Source: Thermodesulfobacteriota bacterium (lineage in GTDB: Bacteria > Desulfobacterota_D > UBA1144 > Nemesobacterales > JAJCZQ01). Taken from it: 64,000 nucleotides of DNA. The translations under genes were made by a program, and so were the position numbers. How positions within the stretch are numbered: position 1 is the first letter of the stretch; every line of letters begins with the position of its first letter. Below are positions 44,186-54,170 of the stretch, one piece after another. The DNA is taken from NCBI GenBank assembly GCA_965215275.1, contig OZ244044.1, positions 1,056,001-1,120,000 of the forward strand. Direction: 5' to 3'. The notes under the pieces were generated by a model that saw nothing but the letters and a program-made list of their open reading frames with translations, did no database searches and was not told the DNA's origin.

Positions 44186-44814
44186 CAAGGGGCATAGTTT
44201 CTGTATTTTTTATGACATTTGCGAAACTCTTTAGACTCTGGATTTTGCAAATGATGTAACAGCATCATAAATCCAACTGAAGTTGCCTCCATTATTATTG
44301 CTGTATATGAACCGTAATCGCCATAACCATCATCGCCGGCGTTTTCTAAACTTAGAGGCTTTGGGTTCCAAAAGCAGGTATATTCTGAAAAGTGTTTTTT
44401 GATACCAACACCAATAGAAAGCGTTTTAATGATTTCTCCTGCTCTGCCAACTTCATTGCACAACTCGCCACAAGTAATACGAGCATCATTGGTATCTGGA
44501 ACATTAATAACAATCTGAGAATCACTTACAGTATCCCTCGCCTTTATAGCTTCTGAAGGAATGTCTGGAGTGTGTCTTTTCAGATGATGGGGTATGATCT
44601 TGATTTCAATTTCTGAGTTAATAAGGTTTGTTAATTTATCTTTTAAAACATAAACTTTATATTTACCAATATCAGTCCGTATGAAATTTCCTCTGTTTAG
44701 GTTGCTTATATCAACTTTATCCCCATCTATAAGAGCTAAATGTTTAGCCCCAGTCCTTACTAACATTTCAGCAAATACACTTCCAACGGCACCGCAACCA
44801 ACAATACAAAATTT
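44182..44814 (-). pseudogene. ThiF/E1-like adenylyltransferase, 5' end replaced by IS1595
   Basis: IVGCGAVGS, IDGDKVDISNLNR, GKYKV; the first residues of the listed ORF come from the IS terminal repeat. Confidence 0.8.
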
Positions 44815-44855
44815 GGGAACTATATAGGAAAGTTGACAAAATCCCATAACTCCCT

Positions 44856-45041
44856 TTAATCATTAACTTCTTTTATAAGAGGATTTCCTTTAGGATCTAC
44901 TACTAATTTAAACCTTTTTTTCAGTTCTTCTTTGGTTGGTTTTTTAGGTCGTTTATGCGGGATCGAACCCATTTTTAACAACATCTTTGATGCTTTATCT
45001 ATTGCTTGTTCTTTTTCTTTTTTTGCTTTTAATCTTTTCAT
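44856..45041 (-). CDS. Small basic passenger protein in IS1595
   Basis: 61-aa Lys-rich ORF downstream of transposase, inside TIRs. Confidence 0.55.
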   Translation of the reverse strand: MKRLKAKKEKEQAIDKASKMLLKMGSIPHKRPKKPTKEELKKRFKLVVDPKGNPLIKEVND

Positions 45042-45095
45042 TATAAAACAAATAACTATTAAATATGATCAAGACTCCTCCATCATATGTCATCA

Positions 45096-46017
45096 TTACT
45101 GTGTTAACTCTTCAAAGGTTATAGTTTTTCCTGCCATATTTCTAAAAAGTGCATCCAGTTGATCTTGCGTGTCTGTTTTTACATTACCTTCATTTAACCT
45201 GAACGAAAACTCATCTATATATTTCTTAAGATGTTTTTTATTCCAATTGTGATATACACCTTTGTATCCACCCTTTAATACTGCCCAGACACTTTCAACC
45301 CCGTTTGTAGAAGCCATCGTATTTACAAACTCTTTTGCCCAATGATCGACCGTCTTATGCTCAAATTCTCTATCTGATAAACCTCTGTATCCTCTATGCT
45401 CATCTGTGTATATAATGGAACCTTCTGCAATGTTCTCTTTTATCTCTCTTGAAAGAGTTTCACTCTCTCTGTTCCGGATCACTTTTGCTCTGGTTCTGCC
45501 TCCCTTCTCCCTCATACCTGATATACAGACCTTTCCTGCAACTCCTCTGCCTTTATTTCGTTTCTTGCTCCCGTGCTTGTTCTTCTCAAGTCCACCTATG
45601 TATGTCTCGTCTATCTCTACTTCTCCTTTCAATAATACTTCCATATTACTTCCACAAGCAAGTCGCAACCTATGCAGCATATACCAGGCTGTTGTCTGGG
45701 TTACTTCTAACTCCTTGCTCAACTGTAAACTGCTTATTCCCTTTCGGGAAGTCATAAGCAAATATCCTGCAAATATCCACTTCCGCATACTCAAGTGGAG
45801 TGCCTGTTAAAGCAGTAAAATAACTCCGGCATTCCTTACACCAATACCTGCCATATGGTTTCTTCTGTCGTGTTATTTTCTTGCTGCTTCCACACTTTGT
45901 GCAGTTTATTTTCTTTCCCCAGCGTAATCCCTCAAAATACTTAATTACAGATTCTTTTGCAGGATACTTTTCCATTAACCCAAATAAACTGACCGTCTTC
46001 ACATGTCTTTTTTTCAT
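45096..46017 (-). pseudogene. IS1595 transposase, frameshift near 45790
   Basis: CTKCG/CKEC zinc ribbon in one frame; KGISS, EIDETY, YTDE, NGVESVW in another. Confidence 0.9.
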
Positions 46018-46168
46018 ACAATAAATATGATCTTCTATCATCTCTTGTCAACTCTTGTGTCAATATATCCCCTGTTTTGTCAACTTCCCTATATAGTTCC
46101 CTAAGAAAGGAAAGAGAAAGACGTTATACTTGACATTCGTTCATAATACCTGGTAAAATAAAAGAGTT

Positions 46169-49100
46169 ATGAAAAGTTCAAACATAAAAACACGTAGTTC
46201 CATTACCCCCCCCCCCCGTGTATACCTGACCTTTCAGCCTGGTATAAATATTTTGTAAGAACAATGTTTAAGATAATCCCCCCCCCATCTAAGTTATTAC
46301 TAACCTTAGTCTTTATTCTACTGAGTATCATGGTCATAGCTGCAAAAGGGCAGAGCAGCCTGGAAGAAACATTATCTGAATGCAGAGATATCAGTGCAGG
46401 TCTGGAAGATCCGTTATACGGATGTCAGTGGCATCTGAATAACACTGGACAGTTAAGTATTTCCGGAAAGAGAATAACAGCAGGAGAAGATATTAACGCA
46501 GAGGGAGTATGGAACGAAGAGGTATATGGTACTGGAATTAACGTAGCAGTTGTAAGTAATGGAATAGACCTTTCACATGAGGACCTTTCTGCTAAGGTCC
46601 GTTCGGAACTGAACTACAACTTTTCTGGAAAAGATAATTCAGACAGTTCAGAGTTAAGTGGTACACGAGCGGCAGGAGTAACGGCAGCGGCTGGATATAA
46701 CGGACTGGGAACAAGAGGAGTTGCACCTGGTGCGAGTATATACAGTAATAAGTTAACAGGAGATCTCAGGGAATCAGACGCAATGGAAGCAGGGGAAGCA
46801 ATGGTGCGTAATAAAGAAATAACTGCAGTATCCGTCAGCGACCGGGGATCTGAGGACGGAGTTTTTCTTCAGGGTGCTTCGGCTGAGTGGGAAGAGGGAG
46901 TGGAAGAGGGTATAAGGGAAGGGTTTTACGGCAGGGGAATATTTTACGTCCTGGGAGCAGGGGACGGACATGAGAGCGGAGATCAGGCTAATTTTTCTGA
47001 ATATTCCAATTACTACGGGGTAACAGCGGTGTGTTCAACGGACGGTTCTGGAAAGAAGAGCTTGTTTTCAGAAGAGGGAGTGAATCTGTGGGTATGTGCG
47101 CCTGGTCCTGATATAGCGACCACTGATAGCGACGACGATCACGCCGTGACGTCCGGAACTGTCCTTTCAGTTTCACGGGTCGCAGGTGTGGCGGCACTGC
47201 TGAGAGAGGTAAACGAAGACCTGAGCTGGAGGGATATAAAGCTTATACTTGCGGGTTCGGCACGGCAGAACGACGTTCCTGACATTAGCTGGGAGACTGG
47301 AGCGGTAAAATACGGTTCCGACGTGGAAAGATACAGATACAGTTCGAAATACGGTTTTGGCGTGGTGGACGCGGAGGCGGCCGCAGAGCTTGCCGGAAGC
47401 TGGAAAGGAGTGGGAGAAATGAGGACCGTTACAGCTTCCTCGGATAATGAACTGACGATCCCTGATGGAGAAGGAGAGGCGGACGGGGTCCTTACCTCCA
47501 GACTTATGATTTCGGACCTGGAGGAAATATTTACGGAGTTCGTTGAGGTAGAACTCGTTCTCTCGTGTGACTGCCTGCAGGACCTCAATATACGGATAAC
47601 CTCTCCTTCCGGGACAGTATCGGAACTTGTGCGGGAGTCTGCCAGTGAGTTTGTAAGGGGATCTTCGAATGAAGAAAACGACTGCGTCAGTTACCTGGGG
47701 AAAAAACATCGTTTCGGTTCGGCAAGACACCTCGGGGAAGACCCTTCCGGAGAATGGACCCTTAAGATATATAATACTGCTTCCGGAGATGAAGAAGATA
47801 CAGAAAATACCGTTACCCTGCACTCATGGAGCATCAGGGTATACGGGCACGGGAAGGAAGATACTTTAACGGACTTTGGCGGGGAGATCACTGCCAAGGC
47901 TTTAACTTTGGGTAATGTTCCTGGTGGTAGGCTGACCTGGACGCAACATAAGCTGGTAAACGCAAGGTTATTCGAGGCAGCCGGAGGCAGGCCGCCGTAT
48001 ACTTACAGTTTAGCTCCTTTACCTCCTGGATTGAATTTTAACGGAACCACCAGAATTATAAACGGGAGACCGACCGCTGCAGGTGACACCGACGTTCAGT
48101 ATACGGCAAGAGACGCAAATAACGATACGGCACGGAGTGACTTCGTTATAAGGATAACGGCGAACGCCGCGCCGGTTTTTGGCAGCAAGACGGTTGCTGC
48201 TCAGGTGTACACGGCAAGGAAAGCAATAGAACCATTGGAACTTCCCGAGGCAACGGGAGGGGATGGAACCTTGACTTACAATATAAGTGGTAACGTCAGG
48301 GGTATAGGGTTGAACTTTAACCGTAACACAAGGATACTGAGCGGAATGCCCACCAGTGTTACGCCTGGTATTACAGCCGTTTATACCGCCACTGACGCAG
48401 ATGGAGATACTGCCGAGCTGAGGTTCAATATACGGGTAAGACATCAGAACGACATACCGACCTTCGGCAGTCAGATGGTAGATGATCAGAATTGGGTTAA
48501 CGGCAGTGCGGTAAGGCTAACGCTGCCTCGTGCAAGAAACGGGAATGGAACGTTAACCTACGGTATAACCCCTGCTTTGCCTGATGGACTGGACTTTGAT
48601 CCTGGTACCAGAGTGCTGAGCGGAACACCGACCGCTGCGGCACCTGAGAACACTTACACGTATACGGTAACGGACAGTGATAACGATATTCATGAAAGTG
48701 ATTCTGACAGTCTGACCTTCAGGATAAGAATAAAAGCTGCAACTGAAGTCCCAAGTTTCGGCAGTCAGACGGTAGGTAATAAGATTTATACAGCAGGGGT
48801 TCAAATATCACCATTCACGTTACCTCTTGCAACGCAAGGAACTGGAATTACACTCAGGTTAACCCCTCGTTTACCTTCCGGATTGAATTTTAACCATGCT
48901 ACCGGAGAGATAAGTGGAATACCGACCACTGCAACGTCTGAGACTGATTATACATGGAGAGCAACGGACAGAGACGGATATACGGCTGAGATAACGTTCA
49001 GTATAACGATAAGAGCAGCAGACACGGAACCGACCTTCGGCGGTGAGACGACGGATGATCAGGAATACGTGGCAGGAAGTCAGATAACGCCGGTAACGCT

Positions 49101-50043
49101 GCCAGTGGCAACGGGAGGAAATGCTCCGTTAGCCTACGGTATAACCCCTGATCTGCCTGCTGGACTGGACTTTGATGAAAACGCCCGAGTGCTGAGCGGA
49201 ACACCTACTACTGCAACGAGTAAGAATACCTATACATATACTGTAACGGACGAAGATGGAGACACGGATGAAATTGAGTTCGGTATCACCGTGTCGGAGG
49301 ACACAATGCCGACCTTCGACGGTGAGACGATAGAAGACAAGGTGACCGTTAACGGCGTTACAGAAGTAATGGAAACGCTGCCTCTTGCAACAGGAGGGAA
49401 CGGAACGCTGACTTACAGTTTAACTGATGCCGGTTCAAATGCTTTGAATTTATTTGCCGGACTGGACTGGGATGACAACACCCGGGTGCTGAGCGGAACA
49501 CCCAATATCGGTTCAGCGCTGCTTCATCTGCTTCCTCGAACCGAGACTTACACGTGGACGGTAACGGACGAAGATGGAGATACAGCAGAGATAACGTTCA
49601 GTATAGTAATAGAAGAAGACAGCATGCCGGAATTCAGTGTGACGACGATAGAAGATCAGGTGTACAGGGGGAGATCAATAATGTTGCCGGTAGCAACGGG
49701 AGGGAATGCACCGTTAGTATACAGTATAACGCCTCCCTTACCTCCTGTATTGAGATTGAACGAAAACACCGGGGTAATAAGCGGGACGTCCGTCCGTGCG
49801 TCATCTGCTGCTACTTACAGGTATACGGTAACGGACAGGGACGGAGACATGAAAGAGTTGACCTTCAGGTTCAGTGCAGCGGCTCCGCCACCGACAAGTA
49901 GTAATTCAGGCGGAGGTGGAGGATGTGCTGTATCAGATCAGAGCATCGCCATTTTTGATATTCTCGGAGTAATGGCATGTCTGATACTTATACCCGTGTC
50001 TGTAATTATCAGAAGGAAAAGAAGATCTCAGATAAAGACTTAG
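46169..50043 (+). CDS. S8 pseudoprotease surface protein copy 2 (open from ATG 46264; leader from ATG 46169 out of frame at C12)
   Basis: 1259-aa ORF with signal peptide, S8, P-domain, 7 Ig-like repeats, GGGGGC-TM-RRKRR tail. Confidence 0.9.
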
Positions 50044-50554
50044 TAATGAGGTCCTTTCAAAGGTATTGAACTAACCAAGATATTTCCCATCAGAATATTT
50101 GCTGGTTGCTTACGGGAGAAGAAGTGGTATCTCCATAGTTAAAGTCCTCTTTTTCTTTTGATCTTCAATGTTCTTATTACCACAAGGTTTTCCACCCGAT
50201 ACAAATATGATACTGTTAAAAACGTCTTTTTTATTCATTTGGCGGAGTTAGCTATATAATTTCCTAAATAATGTTTACTGTAAGCTATTCAAGGCAGAAA
50301 TCAGTCCACAAATTACAGTTCCAATTATAAACACGCCTAGCCGGAGTGGAAAATCTTAAACAAATTGTGGAAAAAACATGTTGTAATAGTTTGCAAAGTG
50401 ATAGATTCATCACCTTCTCAACCCCTACATCAAAAACCAAAAACACAATAAAGGTCACTTATAGGAACGAACCTGTTTTTGACATATACCTGATGATCTT
50501 CCTGAAACTAAAAACTTAAATCCTGATATAAACCATCAAGGTCCATTACAACTC

Positions 50555-52117
50555 CTAATGCTTGAAATGCCTCGTTCCTGTAAACACCATGGACATACCG
50601 TGCTCGTCAGCGGAAGCTATGGTCTCCTCGTCCCTGATAGAACCCCCGGGCTGAACGATGGCAGTGATCCCGGCTTTTGCAGCTTCATCGATACCGTCCT
50701 TGAACGGGAAGAAGGCATCCGACGCCAACACGGATCCCTGAACGTCGACCTGTGCTTTCATCGTCGCGATCTTCACAGAGTCCACCCTGTTCATCTGACC
50801 AGCCCCTATACCAACGGTACGACCGTTCTTTGCAAAGATGATCGCATTTGATTTTACGTGTTTACAGACCTTCCAGGCAAACTTCATATCTTCTATCTCC
50901 TGCTCCGTGGGCTTGCGCTTTGAAGCAACGCTCAAACCCTTAAAATCCTGGTCCGACGTTGAATCGCTGTCCTGGATCAGCATACCTCCAACGACTTTCT
51001 TAAAATCAAACTCGGCAGAACTGGAAGCCTTCGACACGGGCACCTGCAATATTCTGACGTTCTTCTTGGACCTGAAGACCTGGAGTGCTTTTTCGTCATA
51101 TCCCGGGGCTATAACCACCTCCACGAACATGTTCCCTATCTCCTGTGCCGTAGGTTCGTCCACTTCCTCGTTGAAGGCGATTATTCCCCCAAACGCACTG
51201 ACGGGATCACATTCCTTGGCTTTGAGGAACGCCTGAAGGAGGACCTGATCGGTCGCCACGCCGCATGGATTGTTATGCTTTACGACCACGCACGCGGTCT
51301 CGCTGAACTCCTTGACCAGTTCAAGAGCAGAGTTGGCATCGTATATATTGTTCAATGAAAGTTCCTTGCCCCAGAGCTGTTTTGCATTCGATACGCAGGA
51401 GTAAGACAAGTCTGATCTTACATAAAAAGCCCCTTCCTGATGCGGATTTTCACCGTATCTGAGGTCCATCTTCTTTTCCAGATGCAGCGTATAGCTTCTC
51501 GGCAGTTTAGAACGCGTCCCATCTTCGTTCAGTACCGACAGGTAATTGGAAATTGCCGCATCGTAGCGGGCAACATAGGAAAATGCCTTCGTGGCAAGTC
51601 TTAAATTGGTCCGGCTGGTAACGGAACCTTCGTTGTTCCTAATCTCCTCTATTATATTTTCATAATCCTTCGGGTCGGTCACAATGGATACGTCTTTATA
51701 GTTCTTGGCAGCCGCCCTGAGCATTGTGGGACCACCAATGTCAATGTTCTCGATCGCCTCTTCCAGCGTAACGCCGTCCTTCTTTATCACCTCTTCAAAA
51801 GGGTAAAGGTTAACGACCACCATATCTATTGGTCTGATATTATTGTCCTTCATCTGTTTCTGATGCTCTTTATTGCTCCGCACCGCAAGGATACCACCGT
51901 GTACCATCGGATGAAGCGTCTTCACCCTGCCGTTCAATATCTCGCTTGAGCGGGTGTATTCAGATATATCTGACACCTTGACCCCGGCATCCCTGATATG
52001 TTTTGCCGTACCGCCCGTTGAAAGTATTTCCACGCCCATTTCATCAAGGCTTTTCGCAAGGTCCGTCACGCCTTCCTTATCGGAAACACTTATTATAACT
52101 CTGTTGATCTTTGCCAT
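50555..52117 (-). CDS. purH: Bifunctional AICAR transformylase/IMP cyclohydrolase
   Basis: [40 protein letters not shown] motifs. Confidence 0.98.
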   Translation of the reverse strand: MAKINRVIISVSDKEGVTDLAKSLDEMGVEILSTGGTAKHIRDAGVKVSDISEYTRSSEILNGRVKTLHPMVHGGILAVRSNKEHQKQMKDNNIRPIDMVVVNLYPFEEVIKKDGVTLEEAIENIDIGGPTMLRAAAKNYKDVSIVTDPKDYENIIEEIRNNEGSVTSRTNLRLATKAFSYVARYDAAISNYLSVLNEDGTRSKLPRSYTLHLEKKMDLRYGENPHQEGAFYVRSDLSYSCVSNAKQLWGKELSLNNIYDANSALELVKEFSETACVVVKHNNPCGVATDQVLLQAFLKAKECDPVSAFGGIIAFNEEVDEPTAQEIGNMFVEVVIAPGYDEKALQVFRSKKNVRILQVPVSKASSSAEFDFKKVVGGMLIQDSDSTSDQDFKGLSVASKRKPTEQEIEDMKFAWKVCKHVKSNAIIFAKNGRTVGIGAGQMNRVDSVKIATMKAQVDVQGSVLASDAFFPFKDGIDEAAKAGITAIVQPGGSIRDEETIASADEHGMSMVFTGTRHFKH

Positions 52118-52282
52118 TTCACGCTCCTTTTTTTTATAAACAGTTAAGATATAACTCAGTTAATCTGATCATCAAATATAAGGCATTTATAAAGCAGGTT
52201 CAAATTAACGCCCCTTTGAGAAAATCATAGTTTAACGTATAATCATCTCAAAGCTATAACTGTAAACGGGCTGGATTAGCTA

Positions 52283-53170
52283 ATGACATCTACGAGAGAT
52301 AAGAGTTCTTTATACATAAAGGTCGGACTGTTCGTCTTTATAACCATAATGATATTCTTCATCGGTATTTTTGTGGTTACCGGAGATAAGAAGTTCTTTG
52401 AAAAAGAGTATTATATAAAAACCCATTTTGAAAACACGTCAGGTCTTCTGCGGGGTGCCTACGTAAGGCTTTCGGGAGTGAAGATCGGTACCGTGCACTC
52501 GATCGATTTTCCAGGCAGTACGAAAGAAAACTTCATTGAGGTCACGCTCAAGGTAAACGAACAGGGAGCAAGACGTATCACCCCCGACTCCAAGGCCGTG
52601 ATCCAGACGGAAGGGCTGCTTGGTGCGAATTACATAGAAATCGTCCGGGGAAAGCTTCCTTCTTTTACCGATATTGACAGGGAAATGGTAATTGAAAGCC
52701 GTACCCCTCCAGAACTTCAGGAACTGATCGGAAGTTCGGATCAGCTGCTTACGAACCTGATAAAGATATCAGAAAATCTGAATAAGGTGTCCGGGATGTT
52801 AAGTGACAGACAGACCATGGATAAATTCAGCAAGACCCTTGATTCTGTCAAAAAAAGTACAGATGAACTCAGCAAGACCCTGTCCGCCATTGAAAAAGGT
52901 GGTGTGCTCCATAAACTGATATACGACGAGAAACTGGCACAAGAACTGACCGCTGTAATGAACGATATCAGCAAGACCTCAAGCAACTTAAAAGACATTT
53001 CAAAAAGCCTGAAAGACGGAGAGGGAACCCTGGGAGCACTTCTGATCGACCCATCCGTTCATGACAGGCTTAAAGGCGTTTTAGGAGAGGCGGAAAGAAG
53101 CAGATTTATAAGAGCTGGCGTTCGGTACCTGATGGAGAAACGTAAAAATGGAACGGACGACAAGCCGTGA
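52283..53170 (+). CDS. MCE/MlaD family protein
   Basis: N-terminal TM, GL..GA.VRLSGVKIGTV, GLLGANYIEI, GEGTLG. Confidence 0.9.
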   Translation: MTSTRDKSSLYIKVGLFVFITIMIFFIGIFVVTGDKKFFEKEYYIKTHFENTSGLLRGAYVRLSGVKIGTVHSIDFPGSTKENFIEVTLKVNEQGARRITPDSKAVIQTEGLLGANYIEIVRGKLPSFTDIDREMVIESRTPPELQELIGSSDQLLTNLIKISENLNKVSGMLSDRQTMDKFSKTLDSVKKSTDELSKTLSAIEKGGVLHKLIYDEKLAQELTAVMNDISKTSSNLKDISKSLKDGEGTLGALLIDPSVHDRLKGVLGEAERSRFIRAGVRYLMEKRKNGTDDKP

Positions 53171-53273
53171 CCCACACGGTTATAAATTTTTATGAATTGA
53201 CACTGTATACGATATCTTGCTACAGTATTCAGTAGATCGTAATAAAAAACCAATTATTAAGGAGGAAGAAAAA

Positions 53274-54059
53274 ATGAGATACTTAAACAGATCTTTAGTT
53301 ATTTTTGCCTTGTCGCTTTCGGTGTTGCTCGTAAGTGCGGCTGCGTCCTCAGCGGGTCACAAAAAACTGCCTGCTCCGCAGCTTGTGACCAACGCCTGGA
53401 TGTTCATTGCGGCCTACAAGGCGGACCCGAAAGCCCTTAAAGAACTCCTGCCACCAGGACTTGAACCAAGTCCGGACGGACAGGTGGTGATAAATATGTA
53501 CACCGTGCCGAAAGCGGATCAGACCTCGGGGTTCGGTTCATACACCCTGACCTATTTAACCATTGAACTGAAGGATCAGAACTCCTACGTCATGAATTCG
53601 GACATAACCTATCCCGGACGTTATTTCGTTCATTATTTCAACAGTTCCAAGGCTATGAGAAAGTTTACAAAAAAGATAGGTATTCCGGCACGAAAAGGTA
53701 AGACCACTACCGTGGTCAAAAACGGCAGGCTAACGGCAAAATTGACCGTCAAGGGAAAGCCTTTCATTGTGGCCAAGGCTGACGTGGGAAGCAAGCTCAG
53801 CCCCCCTAGCGGCGGACATCTGAACTACTTCGGTCTTCGCAAGGCACGCAGGATCGGAACGTCTAAAAGTAAGGTGGTAAAATATCCCATTCCCTTTGTC
53901 GGACGGGTTGCCCAGGTCTCCAATGCCAGGATAGAGTTCAAGGCACCCAAGAAACATCCGATATGGAAGATACAACCCACGGACCCATCTCCCGTCTGGG
54001 CAGTGTGGATGAAGGGAAGTTTCGTCTATCCTCAATATCAGGTCATAAAAGAGTTCTGA
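53274..54059 (+). CDS. Secreted acetoacetate-decarboxylase-fold-like protein
   Basis: AGGAGG RBS, signal peptide, Y.ADP.AL..LLPPGLEP, GSY, GIPARK motifs. Confidence 0.6.
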   Translation: MRYLNRSLVIFALSLSVLLVSAAASSAGHKKLPAPQLVTNAWMFIAAYKADPKALKELLPPGLEPSPDGQVVINMYTVPKADQTSGFGSYTLTYLTIELKDQNSYVMNSDITYPGRYFVHYFNSSKAMRKFTKKIGIPARKGKTTTVVKNGRLTAKLTVKGKPFIVAKADVGSKLSPPSGGHLNYFGLRKARRIGTSKSKVVKYPIPFVGRVAQVSNARIEFKAPKKHPIWKIQPTDPSPVWAVWMKGSFVYPQYQVIKEF

Positions 54060-54085
54060 CCCTGATACTATAAGCGTGATCTGCC

Positions 54086-54117
54086 AAAAGGCAGGTATTT
54101 TAAAGTACCTGCCTTTT
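54086..54117. terminator. Bidirectional intrinsic terminator
   Basis: AAAAGGCAGGTA...TACCTGCCTTTT between convergent genes. Confidence 0.85.
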
Positions 54118-54170
54118 CTCTAATATCTTCACTTTTAAAGCTGAAACGAACCAGGACTTACCGGAAAAGT

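Larger units (their letters stand above)
44815..46101 (-). mobile_element. IS1595-family element with frameshifted transposase and passenger ORF
   Basis: TIR GGGAACTATATAGG(A/G)AAGTTGACAAAA (26/27); flanks are not direct repeats. Confidence 0.92.
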
